From IMG/VR virus record IMGVR_UViG_3300024272_000021: a stretch of 64,000 bases of DNA; one strand, given 5' to 3'. The position numbers and the translations under genes were made by a program. This stretch comes from a virus (taxonomy: Duplodnaviria > Heunggongvirae > Uroviricota > Caudoviricetes). Of the stretch, positions 21,701 to 29,577 are shown piece by piece (the stretch's first letter is position 1; each line of letters starts with the position of its first letter). The notes below the pieces were generated by a model, which did not search any database, had not been told where the DNA came from, and saw only the letters and a program-made list of their open reading frames with translations.

Positions 21701-21863
21701 GAAATATATAGTAGACAGTACTGATACTGGTGGTTGGTGGCTACGTTCTTCCTATTATACTACGTCTGGCAATACTATGTTCTGGCGTGTTCAAAAAAGT
21801 GGTGCTTCATATGGCGATATCCAAACTGGTGAGTTTTATGTAGCATTTGGTTTTTGTATTTAA
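18717..21863 (+). CDS. Large multidomain virion protein, exon 2 (CotH-like C-part, LRRs, InlB-B-type repeats, C-terminal DUF6273/CLec-like domain)
   Basis: LRR-like LxxLxL segments; Y.V.F.....L..V..G repeats; terminal WWLRS...FW.V..SG...VAFGFCI motif. Confidence 0.7.
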   Translation, partial: TCLGINNEGYLRYDYYHEDLGQNDAVGATNVYNGYDSVLWNNFSEAFKDDIQKTYSAWRSGDSPLLSYDNVIKYFITDQSDKWCISIYNEDAEYKYLSMYRNGDDSSFLYQVKGTGEEHLKYFIKNRLMYCDSKWQAGDFINKDTNTILLRLNSPDGIEDEEIKPNMNIKYKTFSNMYTGVRYGTNGVLIPRYTDRGQLVEHPMPEGEDPNNLDTYIFGANEISELEDLSLLYPNLINISAASKLTKLVVGNSHPNYKNDVLKSLSFSNNRLLREVNVCNCTGLTITLDFSLCPDIQYIYATGSNISGVQLPDSGFLKVLQLPATISSLSLVNQHHIEELVCEGYGNLTTIKIENSDNIPLQDILLGCDSQVLASVSIKNIHWNVDSEENLQTIIDKLVACSGSVIEGSVYLPSGITVSDDLKVMIHQNFPNLNVIDDNPVFYIDYFNFDNTIWDTEMVNAGNNAVGPQKGDPDDIIQEAQGLRHLFVQWKTFPTNVNKNYQIDATWQTQYAIRYYDEDTLLYDYWADQGSIAKDPTLDNSISVPQKDGTDDLRYSFNGWDNLPINIQKSVSINALWVNLYPVRFYATKSATTPHYVQWIKDGEDAYNPIVANECHTPTDILTENEVKYVFSNWDNIPTNVTAICKVYAEYTPHWAARFWNENKLYLVEYVPNGTNVVEPKYYFENYINPTKASTAQYDYHFSKWDGNFASISEARDYYAVYTSTIRKYNVYFYNEDELLYTVENVEYGSKTSYVGSTPVKAGVDNPEEYVFKGWMPAPENITGETNCYALFKFTGYLFGKLSDDSEYGTVDDPNWDMINPYWNTISADVSAYQNGTMSKDEFMAKYPIGGRMIMPVNLSSGTVVADVEIIGHDHDDLADNSGKAPLTFFCVDLPQILRSMNEVSSGNSGWESSEMREFVNGELLNALPDSLKGIIKPVNKISDGGVGNKVLVTTTENCWLASYDEVGFTTGSYNLSGQGELYSSIFSSNKNSRKKYIVDSTDTGGWWLRSSYYTTSGNTMFWRVQKSGASYGDIQTGEFYVAFGFCI

Positions 21864-21866
21864 TAT

Positions 21867-21895
21867 AAAAGGTGGGGAACTTTCCTCCACCTTTT
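21867..21895 (+). terminator. Hairpin/terminator after the large gene
   Basis: AAAAGGTGGGGAA-loop-TTCCTCCACCTTTT. Confidence 0.55.
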
Positions 21896-21924
21896 AAAAT
21901 TTTAAATTAAAGGAGGAGTGCATA

Positions 21925-22296
21925 ATGTCAACGAAAAAACTGCAAATTCTTGGTAGTTTTATAGATGAGACTCTTACTCAATCTGGACAAGCCGCCGATG
22001 CAAAAGTTGCCGGTGAAAAAATTAGTGACATTGAAACTCGAATTGACAATATTGGTGGTCTTGTAGGAGACGAATCTGTTGCTACTCAGATTGATGCGGC
22101 AATAAATGACAATGTAAAACAACCCGATTGGGAACAAACTGATGAAACCGCAATGGATTTCATTAAAAACAAACCCTACGAAGAAACCGCAGATGATGCC
22201 CTAGAAATGCTAAATGAAATGGGTGTTATTGAAGCAACTACCAATGAAGAAGGGTTTGTTCTAACCGATGAAAATGGTAATATTCTAACTGTTTAA
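21925..22296 (+). CDS. Small fibre-associated protein
   Basis: DETLTQSGQAADAK, VGDESVATQI and QPDWEQTD...FIKNKP fibre motifs. Confidence 0.6.
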   Translation: MSTKKLQILGSFIDETLTQSGQAADAKVAGEKISDIETRIDNIGGLVGDESVATQIDAAINDNVKQPDWEQTDETAMDFIKNKPYEETADDALEMLNEMGVIEATTNEEGFVLTDENGNILTV

Positions 22297-22308
22297 GGAG
22301 GAATTATT

Positions 22309-22875
22309 ATGTCTTATAATTTTAAAAGTTTAGCAGACGTTGAGCTTCTCAACGCAATGCCCGAAAACGCAAATATAATCGTTGAAGTAGATGGCGCGAC
22401 AAGGCGCGCGCCAAAGGAAGATGGAATTGGCAAGCTTGTTAGTGTTGAGACACTTGATGAAGTACCTGAAAATGCTACCGTACTTGTTGAAGTTGATGGT
22501 GAGATTAAGAGGGTTCCTGGTAAGGGATTGGGCGGAGGAACTGTGCTTGAGATTTGGCAGACTGTACCCGAAGAAGTAGCATCCCCCGCTTCCCTAGATG
22601 AAACTGAAACAGCAGTTACTTCTGGTGATTTTAAAGCTAATATGACTTATGCAGAAGTGCTAGAGGCACTTGAGAATAATAAGTTGACTGGTGCTTATTT
22701 TAATTATGATAATACAGCAAATGGTAATCCCATTTATAGACAGGTTATTGGTGGAATTGTATATATATTAGAAGGCAATATAGAGTATATAATCCTCGAA
22801 GCGTGGAATTCTTCTTTTTATTATTGGTCAGACAACACAATTTCTTTTGACCCTCCTGTCTCCGGTGAGTCCTAA
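22309..22875 (+). CDS. Hypothetical protein with duplicated N-terminal VEVDG module
   Basis: PENANIIVEVDGATRRAP and PENATVLVEVDGEIKRVP; paralog of 23077-23553. Confidence 0.6.
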   Translation: MSYNFKSLADVELLNAMPENANIIVEVDGATRRAPKEDGIGKLVSVETLDEVPENATVLVEVDGEIKRVPGKGLGGGTVLEIWQTVPEEVASPASLDETETAVTSGDFKANMTYAEVLEALENNKLTGAYFNYDNTANGNPIYRQVIGGIVYILEGNIEYIILEAWNSSFYYWSDNTISFDPPVSGES

Positions 22876-22881
22876 TACGAG

Positions 22882-23070
22882 GTGACTACTATGGTAACTA
22901 AAAATTTTGTTAAAACTATAGTGGCAGGTTTGCTAGAAAGAATTAAAAAGCATGAAATTTCCGAAGAAGAGCTTCTTGCTCTTCTTTCTGAGATGGATGT
23001 AGTTCAACCTTTAGCGAACAATGAAGACGCCGTATATACAAATACTGACGGCAAAGTTTATATTTTATAA
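22882..23070 (+). CDS. Small protein similar to the C-terminus of 21925-22296
   Basis: LLALLSEMDVV...VYTNTDGKVYIL aligns with ALEMLNEMGVI...VLTDENGNILTV. Confidence 0.55.
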   Translation: MTTMVTKNFVKTIVAGLLERIKKHEISEEELLALLSEMDVVQPLANNEDAVYTNTDGKVYIL

Positions 23071-23076
23071 AAGGAT

Positions 23077-23553
23077 GTGATTTTTATGGCAAAAGATTTT
23101 GTAAAATTAAGTGAAGTAACTGTTCTTGAAGAAGTTACTGATTCTGCAAGCGTTCTTGTAGAACAGAATGGAGAAATTTATCGTGCACCTAAAACTCAGG
23201 TTGGCGGCGCAGGCGGTATTAAGACTGCTATTATTCGTGATAGCGAGTATTTGAATATGATTGCTGGAGTACAATCAACACAAACAGCAGGAATTACTTT
23301 TGAATGTATTAATATGACATTTGAAGAAGCATATGAGACTATGGCAAATGGTGAACCTTTGAATGTAGTTGGTATGTTATCTGCTGAAGGAGGGGCAAAT
23401 GTACATGGTTTAGTCGCATTTGTGGGAAATGCGATAGCTGGAATTCCTTGTATTATAATATCATTCTTCGCTATGTCAAAAATGATCGTTCAATTATTCT
23501 GGACTGCCGATGGACTATCCACAGAACCACTCGGTGGCAATCCCCCCGTATAA
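23077..23553 (+). CDS. Hypothetical protein, paralog of 22309-22875
   Basis: VLVEQNGEIYRAPK...GG and NMTFEEAYE.M motifs shared with 22309-22875. Confidence 0.6.
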   Translation: MIFMAKDFVKLSEVTVLEEVTDSASVLVEQNGEIYRAPKTQVGGAGGIKTAIIRDSEYLNMIAGVQSTQTAGITFECINMTFEEAYETMANGEPLNVVGMLSAEGGANVHGLVAFVGNAIAGIPCIIISFFAMSKMIVQLFWTADGLSTEPLGGNPPV

Positions 23554-23570
23554 GAGGAGGTTGATACTCC

Positions 23571-24857
23571 ATGCTCACAATACGTGAATTGATTAAAACA
23601 TTAAACAATGCTTTTAATCAAAAATTAAAAAAACACCGCGGCAATTGGGAACAGAATGACCCAACTGCCGACGATTATATTAGGAATAGACCGTTTTATA
23701 CGGATAGCTCAACTAAAGTAGTTATTGTCCCAGAACAGAAAGTAACAATGACCGATGGGCCATTCGCTGAACTTGTACTACCTGAATTAATAGAATTTAT
23801 TATAGGACAGGTATATGAAGTTGAATGGGACGGCACAAATTATGTTTGTACCGCATTTGATATTGAAGGCGTTGGTGGTATTGGAAATCCCAATATAATG
23901 CCAGGCAATACCACTGGTGAACCATTTCTTATAGCTATTTCTAAAAGTGAAGGATATGGAATGGTTTTGGGAAATTCAGTAGGGACTCATACAGTCTCCG
24001 TAAAAGGCGATAAGATTGTTAAACTTGATAAAAAGTATCTCCCTGATTTAGGTTTGGCAGACGTTGCGTATAGCGGTAGTTATTATGACCTTTATGATAC
24101 TCCTACTATTTATTCTGATGTCGTTCGTTATGGCACAACTCAAAGTTTGTCAACTACTCAAAAAACTACTGCAAAAACCAATATTGGTGCAGTAGGTTAT
24201 GACGTACAGACTTTAACCGATGCTCAGAAAACTCAGGCCAGAGCTAATATCGGGGCTGTGTCTTCAGAAGATATAACTGGCGTAGTTAAATATAGTACCG
24301 AACAGAGTTTGACAGACGAACAGAAAAGTGTTGCGAGGGATAATATTGGTGCAGCAGATGAAGTTAAAGTTGAAGAATTAATTACTTCAGCAAAAGAGAG
24401 TATATTATTAACCGATGGGGTTAATGGCTATAAGTATATTGTTTGCATGAGAGATGGCAACTTAGTCACTTATTGTGCCGTGAATTCCATTGAAGTAACA
24501 ACTATGCCTACAAAAGTTGAGTATATGGCTGGTGAATATTTTGATCCTACCGGTATGATAGTTACTACAACAACTTATGATGGAGTAACTAAAGAAATTA
24601 CAGATTTCTCTTATTCTTCTACTTATATTACAGAAAGTACAACTGCCGTAGAAATTACATATGTAGAATGCGGAATTATTCATACTACAACTGTTCCTGT
24701 AACAGTAGTTCCTTTTGATGCCGCAACTGTTCTTGTGGACTATGAGTACACCGATAACGGCGACGGAACCTACACTCTTACTGGCTGGAAGGGAACTCAT
24801 AATGGCGAAGCAAGTACTGAAATAATTATACCCAACAATGGATTAATTATTGTATAA
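23571..24857 (+). CDS. Fibre/adhesin-like protein with QxLTDxQKxxARxNIGA repeats and a bacterial Ig-like domain
   Basis: Three QSL...A.NIGA repeats; PTKVEYMAGEYFDPTGMIVT (Big_3-like). Confidence 0.65.
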   Translation: MLTIRELIKTLNNAFNQKLKKHRGNWEQNDPTADDYIRNRPFYTDSSTKVVIVPEQKVTMTDGPFAELVLPELIEFIIGQVYEVEWDGTNYVCTAFDIEGVGGIGNPNIMPGNTTGEPFLIAISKSEGYGMVLGNSVGTHTVSVKGDKIVKLDKKYLPDLGLADVAYSGSYYDLYDTPTIYSDVVRYGTTQSLSTTQKTTAKTNIGAVGYDVQTLTDAQKTQARANIGAVSSEDITGVVKYSTEQSLTDEQKSVARDNIGAADEVKVEELITSAKESILLTDGVNGYKYIVCMRDGNLVTYCAVNSIEVTTMPTKVEYMAGEYFDPTGMIVTTTTYDGVTKEITDFSYSSTYITESTTAVEITYVECGIIHTTTVPVTVVPFDAATVLVDYEYTDNGDGTYTLTGWKGTHNGEASTEIIIPNNGLIIV

Positions 24858-24870
24858 GGAGGTGGATGGT

Positions 24871-25974
24871 ATGATTAATTTTAAACAGTATAATAACGTT
24901 ACTAAAATTATTATTCCAAATGGAGTAAGATTAAGTAATAGTAATTTTTCACAAGCATTTACAAATATGCAAGCTCTTATAAATTCACAAATTCCAAATA
25001 GCATTACTAATATGTATAATATTTATGGTAATTGCTGTAATCTTACTAGTTCTCCTATATGTGGCAATAACGTTTTAAATATGGTATATGCCTATCGGTT
25101 TTGTAAAAATTTAACTGGTTCACCTGTTTGTGGTGATAAAGTTACTAATATGGCAGGCGCATATTATAATTGTCATAACCTAACGGGTTCACCCGTATGT
25201 GGTAATAATGTTACCAATATGATATCTACATATATGCATTGCCATAACCTAACAGGCTCTCCTGTATGCGGAGATAAAGTTACTAATATGACAGGCGCAT
25301 ATTATAATTGTCATAACCTAACGGGTTCACCCGTATGTGGTGAGAGGGTTACAAGTATGTATGATACTTATAAATCTTGTTCCAACTTAACGGGTTCACC
25401 TGTGTGTGGTAATAATGTTACAGAGATGTCAGGTGCATATGATTGTTGTTATAACTTAACAGGCTCTCCTGTATGTGGTAATAATGTTATAAATATGTTT
25501 TATACATATCATTCTTGTATAAATTTAACCGGCTCTCCAGTCTGTGGGAAAAATGTCACTGATATGGCGGGAGCGTATAGTAACTGCCAGAATCTAACAG
25601 GTTCACCTATTTGTGGAAAGAAAGTTACAAACGTAAGGAGTACTTATCATAGTTGTTTCAATTTAGCCTCAAATGGATATTTTTATTCTAATAAAATAAG
25701 GACTATGGAGTCTTGTTTTGCTAATCGTAATACCTCCACACGCCTCACTCTCTATCTCCCAGCCAATTCTACAACCTTAACAGCTGCTCTTGTTAATAGT
25801 CCTAATTATGAAACTATCGTTGGCAAAAGCATAACTTGGACAAATGACATGGCAGCTAATAACCGTTACTACAACACTTACTATAACATCTACATTTACC
25901 CCGTAGAAAACGTAGCCGCTGCAGCAATCGCCAACGGAGACGAAGAGGCAAACGCTAACGCAGGAATCGTTTAA
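24871..25974 (+). CDS. Cys-rich leucine-rich-repeat (BspA-like) solenoid protein
   Basis: ATG 24871 after a GGAGGTG RBS; nine 23-aa repeats CxNLTGSPVCGxxVTNMxxAYxx. Confidence 0.7.
   Translation: MINFKQYNNVTKIIIPNGVRLSNSNFSQAFTNMQALINSQIPNSITNMYNIYGNCCNLTSSPICGNNVLNMVYAYRFCKNLTGSPVCGDKVTNMAGAYYNCHNLTGSPVCGNNVTNMISTYMHCHNLTGSPVCGDKVTNMTGAYYNCHNLTGSPVCGERVTSMYDTYKSCSNLTGSPVCGNNVTEMSGAYDCCYNLTGSPVCGNNVINMFYTYHSCINLTGSPVCGKNVTDMAGAYSNCQNLTGSPICGKKVTNVRSTYHSCFNLASNGYFYSNKIRTMESCFANRNTSTRLTLYLPANSTTLTAALVNSPNYETIVGKSITWTNDMAANNRYYNTYYNIYIYPVENVAAAAIANGDEEANANAGIV
25033..25653 (+). repeat. Nine tandem 69-bp coding repeats
   Basis: Unit spacing of 69 nt verified (25033, 25102, ... 25654); all units are in frame. 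Confidence 0.9.
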
Positions 25975-26004
25975 TCTTACATAATGGAGTAAAAGGAGAA
26001 AACT

Positions 26005-27054
26005 ATGAAAAAATATAATCGTAAAATTGATGTAATTATTCCGGCATACAACGTACCCGACCATATCCTATTCCGCTGCTTAGCCAGCATCGCGCATCAA
26101 GACATCGCGCCTGACCTTGAAGTCACCATCGTAGACGATGCCTCTACCACTCAAAACTATGCTGAAGTAATTAAGCATTTTGAAACTATTCTCAAAATCA
26201 ATCTTTTACGATACGAAACCAATGGTGGCCCCGGCGTGGCACGTCAATATGGCATTGACCACACCAAGAACGGCTACATGACCTTCATCGATGCGGACGA
26301 CACCTTTAATGGTGCGTTCGCGCTGAAGGCGCTTCGTAATGGTATTGAACAAGGAGATGGCATTTTCCAAATGTGTGTTGGTATTTTTGATGAAGTACAT
26401 GAAGAAGGTTTAAAGCCCGGAGAAGGCCCAATTCTTATGGCTCACGAACAAGATCTTGTATGGATGTTTGGCAAGTTATATCGTAGAAGTTTTATCGACA
26501 AGTACAACATCCACTTCCATGAAAGTTCTCGTGCCAATGAAGATAATGGCTTCAATCGTCTCTTCCAACTTTGTACAAGCGATCAAGAACAAATTAATTT
26601 CATTCCTGCTCACGTATATTATTGGCACGAAAATCCAAATAGCATTACTCGCGCAAATGATTGCCAGTACAGTTATGGAAGTTCCATCCGTGATAGTTTC
26701 TATGGATATGTAGAAAATATGATTTTCGCAGTTAAAGAAGCTAAAAAGCGTAATCCATATAATGGCTTCATTACAATGTGGTCTGTAATGTGTATGCTGA
26801 ACATTTATGAGTATTATATCGAATGCTATGCTCGCGCAAGAGAACACGCGGAAACAAATTGGAAATGGTGTAAGCGCTACTATGATGAAGTCTATAGCCT
26901 TATTGAGAAAGATATTTCCGAAGAAATTCTCGTGCAGCACTATAACGATGTTATGAGGAATGCCTATATGGGAGATAAGCTTGCTGGTATTATTCCTTGT
27001 ATGGGCATTCATGAATTTTTAGATAAACTAAAGGAATCAAATATGAGTGAATAA
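26005..27054 (+). CDS. Glycosyltransferase family 2 (GT-A fold)
   Basis: IDVIIPAYN, TIVDDAS, NGGPGVARQYG, FIDADD (DXD) and NEDNGF motifs. Confidence 0.9.
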   Translation: MKKYNRKIDVIIPAYNVPDHILFRCLASIAHQDIAPDLEVTIVDDASTTQNYAEVIKHFETILKINLLRYETNGGPGVARQYGIDHTKNGYMTFIDADDTFNGAFALKALRNGIEQGDGIFQMCVGIFDEVHEEGLKPGEGPILMAHEQDLVWMFGKLYRRSFIDKYNIHFHESSRANEDNGFNRLFQLCTSDQEQINFIPAHVYYWHENPNSITRANDCQYSYGSSIRDSFYGYVENMIFAVKEAKKRNPYNGFITMWSVMCMLNIYEYYIECYARAREHAETNWKWCKRYYDEVYSLIEKDISEEILVQHYNDVMRNAYMGDKLAGIIPCMGIHEFLDKLKESNMSE

Positions 27055-27096
27055 TTCACATAAATATATCAAAAATATTGAAAAAGGAGGTATAAT

Positions 27097-29562
27097 ATGG
27101 AATCGACAATAAAAATTTATGCTTCACAAGATTATGTAAATGCTAAGATTTCCGAATTGGCTGAGAATCAAGATCTATCTAATTATTATACCAAAGAGGA
27201 AATAGATACTGAGATTGCCGAACGGGTAGGCGATACTCCTGTTTCCGAACAGATTTCAAATGCCGTTTCTACTAAAGCTGACGCAAGTCATACTCATACT
27301 GCATCCGATGTTGGTGCGGATGCGAGTGGATCTGCCGCGAGCGCCTTGTCTGATGCCAAATCTTATACCGATACCAAGATCGCCGATTTAATAAATAGTG
27401 CGCCGACTACACTCGATACTCTTGGTGAAATTGCAACCGCTATGGAGGAAAATTCTGATGTTGTAGAAGCACTTGAAGCGGCTATTGGTTCTAAAGCGAG
27501 TACGACTGATGTTGAGAACGTGCAGGGACAAATAGATGATTTATCTGATTTAGTTGGAGATACTGCTGTAGCAACTCAAATTGGTAACGCTATCAGCGAA
27601 GTGCAAACTCAGGTTGATGGCAGAATTCCATTTGATAATACAAACATTGTTACCATTGAAAGCGGCGATGATTTAAATAATTATAAAACTCCCGGTATTT
27701 ATGTTTCAAATGATTCTACAAAGAGTGCAAGTTTGTCTAACACGCCGTTAACTACTACTGGTTTTAAATTGTTTGTAATAGATGGATATGTTAATGGTAG
27801 AGTTACACAATTTATCACTGGTAATAATAATAGAATATACAATAGAATATATAATGGTACTGATTGGTCAAATTGGGTTGTTCCCTATACGGCAGATAAT
27901 CCTCAGCCAGTATCTTTAGGCGATCTGGGAGTTACGGCAACAGCTACAGAATTAAATTATGTAGATGGTGTTACTAGCAGTATTCAGACTCAGTTAGATG
28001 GTAAAGCTGCAAGCTCTCATACACATAATTATGCAGGATCTTCTTCTGCCGGTGGAGCAGCTACTTCTGCAACTAAAGTAAATAAGAATCTTGTTGTAAA
28101 ACTGAATGGTGGTTCAACAGAAGGAACAGACCTATTTACTTTTAATGGTTCTTCCGCAAAAACAATAAATGTTACTCCGTCTGCAATTGGTGCGCTGCCT
28201 ACAAGTGGTGGCAGTATCACCGGATCAATATATATTAATAATAAACCCACTGCGCCTAATATACAGTTTAAGCCTGTCAGCTATGATGATGCAACCACTT
28301 ATGCCACTATACAGGCCAATGCCGAAGCGGATAGTACAAAAAATAGGTTCCAGTTTTTGGAGTATAGCCGTTCTTCAACTGATTACGGTAGGTTAGAAAA
28401 ATTTGCATCATTTTCACTACCCAACCCGGACGCTGATATGACTGCAGACGTACATTATCAAATTCTGACCAGCAAATCTCCTGTAACCATTGAACAGGGT
28501 GGTACGGGAGCTACGGATGCATCGACTGCAAGAACAAAGCTGGGTATAACTCCTGCTAATATAGGTGCAGCTACAAGCGGTCATACACATGCATTGACTG
28601 CAAGTACTATTACTGGTGAACTCCCTGTGACAAAAGGCGGTACTGGTGCTACAGATGCGCCGACTGCGCGTACTAATCTTGGTATTACTCCCGCGAATAT
28701 TGGCGCAGTTCCCACTTCCAGAATGGTAAATGGTAAAGCTTTATCTGCCAATATATCTTTAACTGCTTCTGATGTTAGTGCTGTGTCTACATCTGCTACA
28801 GATACTCAAGTTCTAAATTCTTCTCTGGCTGTTCGAGGCACTGCTACAACCGAAGATAGTTGGAAATATCTGGGAGTTACTCGTTATATTACAGAAGCTG
28901 CTAAATCTTATAGCATTCGAATGGGTATCAATTCTGATGGTTCTGCTAATTTCTTATTGTATGATAATTCAAATTCTTCTACTTCTGTAAATATGCTTTC
29001 TTTAGGTCTTGAAGAGACTTCCTTTAAGAAACCTGTAAATCTTGAATCTGGTGGAACAGGAGCTACTACTGCCTCAGAAGCGAGAACTAAACTAGGAATA
29101 ACACCGGCGAATATTGGCGCTTTATCCACAAGTGGTGGCACTATTACTGGCAACTTAACTATAGAAGGTGCGCCAATTATTGCTAATTCAAATTATTATG
29201 GTTCTATATGGTTTAATCCTACAATAGCAGGGGGCGAAAGAATCGCTTGTCTTTATGCTTATGCTTCGGACGCAAATTCATCTGTAATAAATACTAGCCA
29301 AGTAAAATTGCGCCAGTATAGCTATACGACAAATTCAACAACTGCTTTAACACATTATGACGAATTTAAATTTCCTGAAACTGCTGCGGACAAGACTAAG
29401 TCAAATAGCTATAACATCTTAACTACTAAATCCGCAGTAACAGTTGAACAAGGCGGTACAGGCGCAACTAAAGCGGCGGATGCTTTGACAAATCTCGGTA
29501 TTATATATAGTTCTACAGAACCTGATTATGTCGCAGGACGTATTTGGCTGAAACCAGTTTAA
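27097..29562 (+). CDS. Tail fibre protein
   Basis: APTTLDTLGEIATAM, DLNNYKTPGIY and four GGTGAT.A..AR..LG repeats; ends ...GRIWLKPV. Confidence 0.8.
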   Translation: MESTIKIYASQDYVNAKISELAENQDLSNYYTKEEIDTEIAERVGDTPVSEQISNAVSTKADASHTHTASDVGADASGSAASALSDAKSYTDTKIADLINSAPTTLDTLGEIATAMEENSDVVEALEAAIGSKASTTDVENVQGQIDDLSDLVGDTAVATQIGNAISEVQTQVDGRIPFDNTNIVTIESGDDLNNYKTPGIYVSNDSTKSASLSNTPLTTTGFKLFVIDGYVNGRVTQFITGNNNRIYNRIYNGTDWSNWVVPYTADNPQPVSLGDLGVTATATELNYVDGVTSSIQTQLDGKAASSHTHNYAGSSSAGGAATSATKVNKNLVVKLNGGSTEGTDLFTFNGSSAKTINVTPSAIGALPTSGGSITGSIYINNKPTAPNIQFKPVSYDDATTYATIQANAEADSTKNRFQFLEYSRSSTDYGRLEKFASFSLPNPDADMTADVHYQILTSKSPVTIEQGGTGATDASTARTKLGITPANIGAATSGHTHALTASTITGELPVTKGGTGATDAPTARTNLGITPANIGAVPTSRMVNGKALSANISLTASDVSAVSTSATDTQVLNSSLAVRGTATTEDSWKYLGVTRYITEAAKSYSIRMGINSDGSANFLLYDNSNSSTSVNMLSLGLEETSFKKPVNLESGGTGATTASEARTKLGITPANIGALSTSGGTITGNLTIEGAPIIANSNYYGSIWFNPTIAGGERIACLYAYASDANSSVINTSQVKLRQYSYTTNSTTALTHYDEFKFPETAADKTKSNSYNILTTKSAVTVEQGGTGATKAADALTNLGIIYSSTEPDYVAGRIWLKPV

Positions 29563-29577
29563 TAGGAGGTAGTTGAT

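Noticed and set aside
21735-21863. Complete DGR in this window
   Set aside because: No template repeat or reverse transcriptase was seen by eye; kept only as a possible target domain.
25033-25653. Regular 69-bp repeats as a possible CRISPR array
   Set aside because: The units are in-frame coding repeats with synonymous variation; there is no repeat-spacer alternation and no cas genes.
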